64,000 bases of DNA from Massalongia carnosa (Eukaryota). The stretch covers positions 558,001-622,000 of the forward strand of contig OZ287075.1 in assembly GCA_965645245.1 (NCBI GenBank), in the 5' to 3' direction. Of the stretch, positions 21,299 to 31,197 are shown piece after piece; the first letter of the stretch is position 1; every line of letters begins with the position of its first letter. The position numbers and the translations under genes were made by a program. A model generated the notes under the pieces. It worked only from the letters and a program-made list of their open reading frames with translations, was not told the origin of the DNA and ran no database searches.

Positions 21299-22920
21299 AA
21301 GTTAGCCAATCTTTCATCATCAAAACGTGACAGGGCATCTGCTAGTCCATTGGAAGTGCCACTGATCCATTGACAACGTAGTACGATGTCCCACTTTGCA
21401 GCTATGGACAGTATTTCTCGTAGAGGCGCGTTGGCCGGTCCCTTGAGGGTTAGATTCGTGAATCCTGTGTATGCTGTGTTGCTGTCGGTAAAGACAAGGA
21501 TCTGTCGATGTCGCCATGTCGGCGCCCATTTCTGAAGGATTAGAAGGATAGCTTCGACTTCTCGGACGTTTATGCTCGGTGATCCTTCCTGATTGAGGAC
21601 TAGGACTCGGGCCCTACATGCGTTTTTTTGATTCACGAGCTCGTTGTCTTGTTGAAAATAGCCTCCGAGACCCGTGAGGCATGCATCCGTATGCACCTTG
21701 ATCGTGTCTCGTGTTGACGTCTCGAAGAAGACAATACCGTTGAAGTCCACTAGAAGTTTGTTCCACCAGATGAGATCCTGTCTGACCCATGTGGGAATTC
21801 TTCTTTTGACCCGACGATGACTGCCCGAGGGAAATGAGGCTATAAAATTCCAGAATAATCGTAAGAAGACTCGGCCCAATTTGACTGCCTGTGCGCAGAA
21901 GCTTAGGAAGCCCGCTATTGACTGCATGTCGCCGAGGCTGATTGTCGTCTCGTTTAGTGCCTTTGTAGTGATGATTCTCGCTTTTTCCAGCTTGTCCGCT
22001 GGCAGACGAATAAGACTGTTGATGGTGTCGACCTCGAGTCCGAAGACTGTCGCTGTCGTTCCCTCGGCGTCTTTTGAGTCGTTTCTCGGGATGCCAAGAA
22101 TGTCGGTGAGAATGTTGTAGGCTTTTGTTTCTTGGTGCAATCGTTCTGACGATGTCTCGGATGGGAAAATTGCAACGAAGTCGTCTAGATAGTGATGTAA
22201 TCTCCATTGTAGAAAGGATTCCAAAATCCAATGAAAGCCTTCCGCAAAAAGATTGAAGATGAACGGGGCCGTCGACAGTCCGAACGAAAGGCATGTCTCG
22301 GTGTAGAATTCGTCATTCCATCCGAAACCCAGAAGCCATTGATGATGAGGTGCGACGGGAACGTTTCGAAAGGCGTCTTTGACGTCTCTTTTCACTATGA
22401 CAGCACCTTTGCCCGCTGACAGAATCAATTGAATAATGTCGTCGAGTCTGGCGTATTGTAATTTGGATGCCTCTTCTGGAATGTTGTCGTTGACTGATGT
22501 TTGATTGGGATGAGACAGATGATGAATGCGTCGCCATCCTCCGTCATGTTTCGGGACCAAGCCGAGGGGGGAGGCCACAAATGGCTGACTCGGGGCGGCT
22601 ATTCGTCTGACTCGGCCCTTCCTGAGGTCCTCTTGGAGCTTATTCTCGATCGTTTCCGGGTCCTCATTCGCTGATGTCAGATTTTTTTCGATCCGAAGGA
22701 TGTCTGTGGGGCCTTCGTATCCGATTTGTACTCCGAAACGAAGGATCATGGGCAGATGGACTCGGAGGGGGCCCGGATACTCTTGAAGTAGAGTTGCCCA
22801 TGCGGACGGTACGAGGGGAGATGGGCTGTCTTTCAAACGCTGACGAGATGCGTCTACGAGTTGAAACGAAGGGATTGTATTTGGTCTGATTGGTGCAGGT
22901 AAGCAGGGATGGGACGTCAT
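21217..22920 (-). CDS. Reverse transcriptase / RNase H of the YR retrotransposon
   Basis: SPLGLVPK..WRRIHHLS, DVKDAFRNVPV, LSFGLSTAP, HYLDDF. RNase H motifs TDAC, EVEAI, TDS, NGLADALSR. Confidence 0.93.
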   Translation of the reverse strand: MTSHPCLPAPIRPNTIPSFQLVDASRQRLKDSPSPLVPSAWATLLQEYPGPLRVHLPMILRFGVQIGYEGPTDILRIEKNLTSANEDPETIENKLQEDLRKGRVRRIAAPSQPFVASPLGLVPKHDGGWRRIHHLSHPNQTSVNDNIPEEASKLQYARLDDIIQLILSAGKGAVIVKRDVKDAFRNVPVAPHHQWLLGFGWNDEFYTETCLSFGLSTAPFIFNLFAEGFHWILESFLQWRLHHYLDDFVAIFPSETSSERLHQETKAYNILTDILGIPRNDSKDAEGTTATVFGLEVDTINSLIRLPADKLEKARIITTKALNETTISLGDMQSIAGFLSFCAQAVKLGRVFLRLFWNFIASFPSGSHRRVKRRIPTWVRQDLIWWNKLLVDFNGIVFFETSTRDTIKVHTDACLTGLGGYFQQDNELVNQKNACRARVLVLNQEGSPSINVREVEAILLILQKWAPTWRHRQILVFTDSNTAYTGFTNLTLKGPANAPLREILSIAAKWDIVLRCQWISGTSNGLADALSRFDDERLANFCPHWQNPYNSMNLPPPTYPPHQGQPW

Positions 22921-22965
22921 GAATTCAGCTATTGAAGCTATTCTACTGCCTCCTGCACCAACCCC

Positions 22966-23979
22966 CTATTTCTTCGTTGGGCATGTCTTCTGGCCATGCC
23001 CAGCCGCGCCGCACGATTTACATTTGTGCTGTCGGTAGCACGACGGCCAGGTGCAGGTGCCGCTGTTGTACTTGTCGCAGATTTCCCCCGCTGCCTTCTC
23101 GGCCCTATCGGCCCTGTCTCCTCTCGGGGTCGGTCGCCGGGACGGCGGGGATCGTGAGCGGCGACGGCGTAGGACTGTGAGGGGGGTGCAGAATCGAGCT
23201 TGGAATTCGTCGGGCATTTTCCATTGGGATGCGTCGGATGGCTGAGACGCGATGATGTGAGTGTGGGTTTCGATGGCGAGGGGGAGGACTGCTTCCTGCC
23301 ACTCGTACACCTTGGCCAGCGTGAGGATTTTTCCGTGGAATGCCGACATGGTGGCGTGAAGCTGTTGACTCGATTTCCCGAAAAGACTGACCATGATCGA
23401 GGTGTAGTTGATGAAGCTCTCGGTCCAGACGTCATGAACTGTCTTTCCGAAATCTTTGTAGGTCCCGGATGCCTTTCTCAACCTCAAGGCGCCGTCTTCG
23501 ATGCCGATGCGGTCCTGATCCTTGTAGGACTCGTATTGCATGCCGTGCATGTGTCGGAGGCGGGAGAGGTTGATGGCTTTGAATTTATTTGAAAAGATCT
23601 TGATGATCTCGTCCTGTGGTAGGCCCGCGAAACGGGGTGCTATACTTCTTACTTCGAGAGGGATCTCACCTAGGTCCTCGTCGTCATCGCCGACGACACG
23701 ACTCGGCTTGCCAGCAGGAATGACGGCCGCTATTCGGGCGTCAGATTCTCGGCGCATGCAGTCGATTTCTAGCTGCATTTTTTCCACCTCCTTCTCGGCG
23801 ACCAATGCCTTGGACTCGGCAATTCTGGCCTCAGCCTCGGCCGCCTTCGCTTCTGCCTCGGCTTTCTTCTTTTGTAGGGCGAAGATTTGATTGGACTGGG
23901 CCTGCGTCAATCCGACAATCTCCTGGGAGTCGGGGACTATGTCGTCCATCGGGGTGCTTTGGGAACGGGTGTTCGTCAT
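22966..23979 (-). CDS. Gag-like ORF1 with coiled coil and C-terminal Cys/His zinc fingers
   Basis: Coiled coil KKAEAEAKAAEAEARIAE; C-terminal CDKYNSGTCTWPSCYRQHKCKSCGAAGHGQKTC; located upstream of the RT ORF. Confidence 0.8.
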   Translation of the reverse strand: MTNTRSQSTPMDDIVPDSQEIVGLTQAQSNQIFALQKKKAEAEAKAAEAEARIAESKALVAEKEVEKMQLEIDCMRRESDARIAAVIPAGKPSRVVGDDDEDLGEIPLEVRSIAPRFAGLPQDEIIKIFSNKFKAINLSRLRHMHGMQYESYKDQDRIGIEDGALRLRKASGTYKDFGKTVHDVWTESFINYTSIMVSLFGKSSQQLHATMSAFHGKILTLAKVYEWQEAVLPLAIETHTHIIASQPSDASQWKMPDEFQARFCTPLTVLRRRRSRSPPSRRPTPRGDRADRAEKAAGEICDKYNSGTCTWPSCYRQHKCKSCGAAGHGQKTCPTKK

Positions 23980-23986
23980 TGGGAAA

Positions 23987-24125
23987 AAGCACCGACAGCG
24001 AGGTAGGGGCACCGAGGACAACGTGAGGTCGACGACGAGTCAGTGAGATGGGAAAAGCAGCAAGCACTGACAGCGAGGTAGGGGCACCGAGACAACGTGG
24101 GGTCGACGACGAGTCAGTGAGATGG
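23987..24125. repeat. Two-copy tandem repeat of about 75 bp in the 5' leader of the YR element
   Basis: AAGCACYGACAGCGAGGTAGGGGCACCGAG...GTCGACGACGAGTCAGTGAGATGG at 23987-24051 and 24062-24125. Confidence 0.85.
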
Positions 24126-24534
24126 ATGAGGCCGAGTGAGAAGAAGTGGATGAGGAAAGAATTTTCAGAGGGTGATTCTTAATTTACTTTGACTCAGGGG
24201 CCTCACGTGACATAGAACCATCTCATTTATGGATTTAATACAATGATTAGGGTCGTATTAGTTTACCAGAGACTGTATTTTATACCAAAAACGCACCTCT
24301 CAAGATGGATGACTCGATAATCATGTGTTATAACTACTGTCAGGCTAAGAAAAGCGATGTGAAAGTCGATTAAGTGATAAATTGTTCGCTTTCGCTCAAT
24401 TTTGAGGTTGATGAACTGATTATTTTCATGTGGCGCGATTACATTGAGTTACAAAGATCATGATGATATGAATAACGACGGCCAATCAATGGTATTGTAT
24501 GATTTATCTAGATTGAAGCTATCTGACGAAAGCC

Positions 24535-27212
24535 ATGGCTCTTGTCGGGGGCCCCTCCTCGCCACTTACCGACCTACGGACAAGTCCCTTGACTCCCGCC
24601 GGTGCGCTCAAGCGGCCCCACCCATCGCCGTCAGGCAGTAATGATAGCTCACCCTCTTCCTCCTCCCCTCCTGCCTTACCTGAAAAAAATGGAGGCGCGA
24701 AACGCCACCGCCGGCGCATATCAGATTACGACAAGCTGGTTGAGGTGCTTAAATTTCTGAGCTCTCTAAATTGGTCGGTAAAAGATTTTTTATCAACACT
24801 TTGTAAGAATCGAGCCCGTCATAGTATGCGAAAGGCGCAAGGCCAGCTCTTCGATTTTGTCTATGTCGATATTGTGCGGCAAGAAGACTTTTCAAGCCTC
24901 ATTAGGCCTAGTAGAATATCCACTATCCTTCGCGAGAGAGGATAGGTTTAGGCCGCGGATGTGCTTCGTGAAGAAATCAAAGCTTTGGCAGATCACGCAG
25001 CCTTTGGCCCTTTCCAGCCGCCCTCTGCGACAGTCGAGTTTGGGACCTTGGAGGCTATTAAACTTGCTGCATCTGCCGCCAAGCAGTTGGCGCCACGATG
25101 GCTTGAGCTAATTGATAGTGTTTGTCGCGAGGCTCGCCCGCAGGAACCTCTCGATGTGACGTTGGATTCTCCCAGCGGCCGGCACACCGTTATATTGGCA
25201 ATGCTTTGTCACAAATTGCGACCAAATAAGGCGACCAATATTCAGTCCGTCTTAGGCCTTTATATTTATCAAGGTGGGGCGAGGCGGCGAGTTCTAGATA
25301 CACTCTGTCATTTTGACCTGACGATGTCATATACTACCCTGCAGCGGCGCATGTTGTCCTTGATTAAGGAGGCCGAACGAAAGGTTCAGATGCTAGGACA
25401 AGGCTCAAACATGATCTTGACATACGATAACTTTGACTTCGCAGAAGGTAAACGAGGAGAGCGCACGGGGGATAATAGAGACTCAGATCAATCACTACCG
25501 CTCTAATTTTCCAGGGGCAAGGATTCGATGCCGGCGCTTTGAGGCAGGATATGTGGCGCCCCGCCACGCATCTTTTATCAGCTGAAAGAATTGCGCGAAA
25601 GCTGGAGACTGGTGATCTCGAGATGCAGGTGAGTTCAATACAGGACGAGGTGTATATACCGCGCTCAATCGCTAATGCACCGCGTACCTAGATTCGTCTT
25701 CATCATCTAGAGTCAGCGATTCGAGCGCTTTATGGCCCAGAGATCGGCGACGTTCAACTTCCTTGGTCGACTGCAATGCCCGTGCTGAATAAGATGAAAA
25801 AATACAAGACCAATTACATTCCTATCAAACCAGTCATGAAGGATGAGAGCACAACATCTAATAATATTCAAATATTGGAGGATATATTTGTGCGACAGTT
25901 CAAGTTCAAGGAGGATGACTCGACATTTGCGAGCGTCATTCGGCTTATCTATGGTGACCTCAAGACATGGTCGAGAATGCAATCTGTCAAGGAATTACGT
26001 CGTGGGATATCGGAGCAATCTTTCGATCGGTTCGACTGGATTTTACCGGGATTAGGGTTATGGCATCTTCGCTTTAACATGCTGCAGCTTATTCATAAAA
26101 TACATTGGGGAGAGGCCCAGCCGGTTGATCCTTCGACTCTTCAATATGCCGCCGATCGGTGGGGCCGCGCTCGTGTCGTGCAGCCGAACGATTTCCAGGC
26201 CTTAGAGGATCTGATCATTCAGAGCTATCAAGCTAGAATCGTTGGGACGTGGATTAGGTTTTTACGAAAGGATGGATATGCTCCGCAGCGAATCGAAGCA
26301 ACTATTTCGTGGCTCACAGCGCAGACTTGCGGGCAGGATGGCACCTGGATGAATATGTTGGGCAGGATATCTCGCAAACTTCACGCGGAATTACCCTCAA
26401 CGTCAATAGATATGCTTCCTCCAACGCTTGATCAACAATTTCAGAATCATCAGAACTTCTGTGATCACGTTGAATCGTATCTAACACTTCGATACGCAAT
26501 CAAATATGCGGATATTGGACTACTTCGTCACGCATTGCGCCACGCAACGGTGATCTTTCAGGCAAGCGTAGCTGGCACCCCGAAATATGCGCAAGCTCTT
26601 CTATACACCCTTCATGCGATTGATTCTTCCGCAGCGACCATAAGGCTACAGGAAAGTATTTTAATGAATAGTCTTGTCAATTTACGCGGTGACGAAGAGT
26701 CGAGTTTTGAGACTGATCGGCTTTTAGAGATACTAAATAATAACCTCAAGACGTTCCAGCACGAGCGATCTTATTTTTCAAAGTATAGTGACACCTTGCT
26801 CGAGGACTGGGCACTCAACGGTCCATATCTTATGAAGCTCAAAGAAATCGTTGAGTTTTACTTTGGAAGAGTCAACTCTTCAAGGCATCCAGCAAAATCG
26901 GCCGCAGAGGATGTGTGGGGCATGGCTACGGCACTAGCGCATAAATCACTCTGTAAAAGAAGCTATGATCGATTTTCAACTAATCCAACAGCTAATCTTT
27001 ATGTTGAGGGATTGAAGAAACTTGGAGAAAATGTATTAAAATACAATCAGCAGTATCTTTCCGAAGAAATTTCAAAAGAAATTTCAACAGACGACCTTGA
27101 GGGTAAGTATGAAGCCGAGCCCGATTTTGTCAATGAAACAAAGCAGGTCCCCGACAGCCCTGTCATTTCAATGGCCCGTCTCGAGATATCCGGCGGTATG
27201 TTTTTTGATTAA
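24535..27212 (+). pseudogene. Academ-type (DUF6589-like) transposase, disrupted
   Basis: Motifs TYDNFDF, YGDLKT, LPGLGLWHLRFN, AIKYADIG, TPKYA, LVNLRG, ETDRLLEILN. Intron 25629-25691. Two TAG codons at 24943-24951 and a 1-nt frameshift near 25483. Confidence 0.8.
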
Positions 27213-27271
27213 ATCATCGATACCACGAGATAGCCTAGTCATGTAAATCCGCGCCGCGCGGCTTTACAGAG

Positions 27272-29447
27272 TCAGAGGTAGCGGACGGGGCACTTTCTTT
27301 CTTGTCTAGATCGTGTCGGAGGAAGGGCCATGGGTACATTCAGCGACAACGCTTCCATAGGATCTCGAGGCGCTTTTTTGGTCTTTGATGCCTTCATCGA
27401 TGATTTAAGAGCATCAACATTGTCAACAACGAGCGCCGCATCGGAGATATTGTGATTAGGCGCAGGATTCTCGCCCGATGGCTCCGTGCTCTCGCTTTCC
27501 TTCGAGACTTTCTTCTTGACCGCATTTCGCTTTTTAAAAACCTTTCTCGACATATATCCTTGTTTGATCATCCAGTTTTTCCTCCGTTCCTCAAATTCAA
27601 TACTGGCGGAGTTGCATGTTAGGCTGGGTAATCGTTTTCTCTTTATGTCGTTGTGTCGTTTCCATTCCTCGAACATGTCTCCCTCGTCTAATCTCATTGC
27701 TTGACCCCGCTTTAAAATTTCTAAAAGCTCGGCGCCGTAGGGCCTAATACCAGTCCATGTGTTACCAATCCATCGCCGCATGGTGGGCTCGTCCACAATC
27801 TGATCCGCCCAAGTGGTCAAAGAATTCAGTACCTCATCGGGCATTATCAATGATGGGAAGTATCGCATATGTGAATTTGGGAACTTTTCCTGCGCCTTGG
27901 CCTCCCTCCATTCTCGAAGTTTAAGGGTGAACCAAGGCCGCCTAGACGAGTCACGCTCGGCCGTTCTATTTAACATCTCATTGGCGGCTGTTGATGTCTG
28001 AAAACTTGGATCGCAAATTGAACAGCAAGGTTGCGGCTTAACATAGGCCGACGTTGGATACACTTTATCATTGAAGAAATTCAAGCCAATACCTCGAACG
28101 CAACCATCTGAAGGCACATTGATTATCTCCCAAAGACCCGGTGGCATATCTCGTCGCCGATCAGCATCCTTTTGATTGATGCGGCGTTTACTGGCCTTGG
28201 ATTCAATCTCGATTCCCGCGTCATATCCGTCCTGTTCGTCCATTTTTGATCCGCTTCTTGGACCCATGCACCAAGAAGGATGCAAAAGAGTAAAATGCGC
28301 CTGTCCTCGACCGCAACGCAAAGCACGACCTAAACGTTGGTATAGCTTCGCCATTGACGAGGGTAGCAGCCATTGCGTAACTCTCATAACGTCTGGATTA
28401 TCAATACCAAGCCCGTATGCATCCGTTGCGATCAGGATTCGAGGAAATTTACATTGATTCGAGGGCATTTCGAAGCGAGCCGCAATCCTTTCTTTGTCTT
28501 GGGTGGCCATGTCGGAAAAGAAAGGCGCGACCCAACTAGCAGCCTCAATTGGATAGGACAATTGATTCATCCATACTTTCATTAGCGCACACGCCTTTTT
28601 GATAGATGAAATTGAATCCATGAAGATAATCGTTTTCGGAATATCAAAAGGACTCTCAGCCCGTGTTGGTAAAAGATGTTGAAGATCGATCATGCTGTTC
28701 ATAGGCCGCTGTAGACTGCTTGTCTGTATGTATATCTCTGGACGATCAAGCGCTGTTTGAATAACAGTACTTTCGTTATCAAAGCCACAGCGATCTTTAA
28801 CGCTCTCTAGGGTTCTTGGATCCAGCGTTGCAGACGCACCCAGAAAAGGAATACCATCTGGTAATCGTGTACGAAGCACACCGAGATTGAAGTATTCGGG
28901 CCGGAAATCTCGCCATTCGGATACAAGATGCATCTCATCAAGAGCTAAAAGACATAAATTCAAGAAGAAACTTGGATGCCTCAGAACCTCCTGATTAAAC
29001 AGCTTTGACGTCGCTATCTCTGGGCTAGTAAAAACTATTCATATTAACGAGTAAGTTTTTATATTTATCTCAATCATAATTTGAATACACACCATGCGTA
29101 TAATTGTTTTCACGAATTAACTTTAAATTAGAAGAATTATTACTATCACCGTCCAACACGAAAGGCTTGCATCCCTCGATAACGCTCAATTTCTTGCACT
29201 GTTGAGCTTCTAAGGTCTTGAGAGGCATGATAATTAAAGCGATCTTAAGACAAGAGAACATTAATGGCATAGCTTGAAAGATAATACTCTTTCCAAATCC
29301 AGTCTTGGCGATAAATATCAGATCCTTTTGATCTTGTGCTAAAGTCATGATAGCGTCAACTTGCTCATTCTTTGGATAAAAGCCGAATTTACTTAAAATC
29401 ACGGTCGTCACCTGCTCGCGAGTTATCGACGCTATAGGATCGTCCAT
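27272..29447 (-). CDS. RecQ-like SF2 helicase of the AcademH-like element
   Basis: Walker A AKTGFGKS; TSPE after splicing intron 29035-29092; DEMH, SATL, TDAYGLGID, YQRLGRALR; CCSIC zinc motif; HRDC-like C-terminal helices. Confidence 0.9.
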
Positions 29448-29895
29448 TTCGATGTGTTCGCGAGCGATATTCGACGATTCGCGAGTTGGATTCTTAGCCC
29501 GCAAAACGCACATCAAGCAAGTTCATCACATTCAACGATTTTAGGCTTTCGAAAACAACGCTCGGAGGATCAGATTAATGATCAGAAGCGCCGACAATGA
29601 AAAACTGGAGCTAGTGACCCGTTGAGTCTGCTGTGGTGGTGTCGAAATTTCGAGTCAAAGTCGAGTCCTCGTCGCGAGATCGATATTGCGACTCAATTTT
29701 GCATCGATATGTAATTAAAATATTGATTAATCGATAGAATGTATATCAAAGCATCATTTCTATTATTACATAATTTATGAAATGTCGTTGCGCGTTGTTG
29801 ATTCCGCCGTCAACTTGATTCTTGATGATTTTTGAGGTTAAGCCAAAAATTTGTATGAGCGCGCACCAAAATAAGCCGGATCTGACAAAAATACA

Positions 29896-30037
29896 GAGTT
29901 TTGCGCTCAGACGTGCCGCCCGTAGCATGCGTAGTCAGCTAAAGGGCCGCTAACCCGAAGGGGCTTAGCGAAAATAGGCTAACCCGGAGGGGCTTAGCCG
30001 GCTCATAGAGCCACGCACGTCTGAGGTACTGAGGCAA
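29896..30037 (-). repeat. Right terminal inverted repeat
   Basis: GAGTTTTGCGCTCAGACGTGC...CGCTAACCCGAAGGGGCTTAGC...CTGAGGTACTGAGGCAA. Confidence 0.92.
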
Positions 30038-30965
30038 CAACTTTGCTCTTCTTTTTGTGATAACTGATCAACCGTTCTTTAACAAAACACTAGGCTAGGC
30101 CTAACATTATAAGTCGATAGGAAGAAAAGAAGACAATGAAAAAGAAATCAGGAGTCAGCCGAGGAAATCTTAACCCCATGACAAGGGAATAAGTATTGAG
30201 AGCCAAGATTTCACTGATGAATAAGATGACCACGTTGAGAAGATCATGGAAACTTAAGAGCAAGGAGTTAAGCAAGTAGCTGAATTAGTTGGTTAACTTT
30301 CAACGATGCTGACGTTTCAGTAGCAGCGTTTCATGTATCATCGATGAGACATATTATAGATATAACAGGATCGAAGGACAACAAGACAAACTTGATTATT
30401 GGTGATTCTCTTTTTTTTTCCCCTAGGAAAAGAGGGTCGTAGCTCATCAGCGCTATGTTCTCGACCATCATTGGCATCCTTTTTGCCCATCACCGTTGCA
30501 ACTCTATCTGTCACCCATCATTAGTGCTATACTTGGAGCTATTGCTTTCATGTTCTTGATCATGACCTCGCTTTACTGTTTTTCTCAATTATTAAAACCT
30601 GCCTTGGCCTACGATTTAGTTATGCCGCTTCTCTTCCGGTTATTTTGGCTGTTGCTGGCTATTTCTCTACAACCCCCATATTCTTTCGCAGGATTTAGCT
30701 GCACCTGATTGTTAAATAACGCCATTGCCATTGCGTTTCTCAAAATCATGCATCACACCTCTGTCACACAGATATCCCTCTAACCTTATTAGTTGTTAGC
30801 CCGCCATTTTTCTTTTGTCTTCATCGATTATAGTTGTGTTGGTTTCATTTACCTTCTGCTCTTTATCCTGGTTCTGCAATTAAGCGAGAGTTTTCATGGA
30901 GGGTAAGGCAGAGAACAGGGAGAAAGAAATTTAATATATTATTATTATTAAATTCATACTCGTTG

Positions 30966-31197
30966 TGTTGAATATCCAACTCCTATCAGTACAATGAACA
31001 TAGCATCTAGGAAACCGTAGAAGCCGCTTTAGGCCTAAGTTAGTCCCAAGATAAGATAAAGATCACCTCACTTAACAGAAGGTGACCAGTAATAGGATAA
31101 AGACTGCTGAACAGCACTCTTCATCCTTAACATCACGGTTATACATACACTTATTATTACATAGTCATATAGCCATAGTCATATACCTATTTCAACA
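30966..31197 (+). mobile_element. Solo LTR related to the Copia LTRs, in opposite orientation
   Basis: TGTTGAA...TTCAACA termini and perfect TSD CGTTG (30961-30965, 31198-31202). Contains the reverse complement of ATGACTATGGCTATATGACTATGTA and GATGTTAAGGATG from the Copia LTRs. Confidence 0.88.

Larger units (their letters stand above)
19940..24240 (-). mobile_element. Tyrosine-recombinase retrotransposon (Ngaro/DIRS order); boundaries approximate
   Basis: gag-like ORF, RT-RNase H ORF and overlapping YR ORF in that order. No protease, DDE integrase or methyltransferase domain seen. Confidence 0.88.
19703..30037. mobile_element. AcademH-like DNA transposon (TIRs + DUF6589-type transposase + RecQ-like helicase) containing a YR retrotransposon
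   Basis: TIRs at 19703-19840 and 29896-30037. The outer 90 bp match with one mismatch, and there is a further inner 21-bp block. Convergent transposase and SF2 RecQ-like helicase genes, as in AcademH. Confidence 0.85.

Noticed and set aside
10661..22920. Diversity-generating retroelement (RT near a hypervariable repeat gene) or CRISPR-like array
   Set aside because: Both RTs have clear Copia or DIRS-type context. There is no template/variable repeat pair, variation is not adenine-specific, and the repeats are in-frame coding units without unique spacers.
27272..29447. Host SGS1 or telomere-linked RecQ helicase
   Set aside because: It lies inside TIRs, convergent with an Academ-type transposase. 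There are no telomeric repeats and no long Sgs1 N-terminus.
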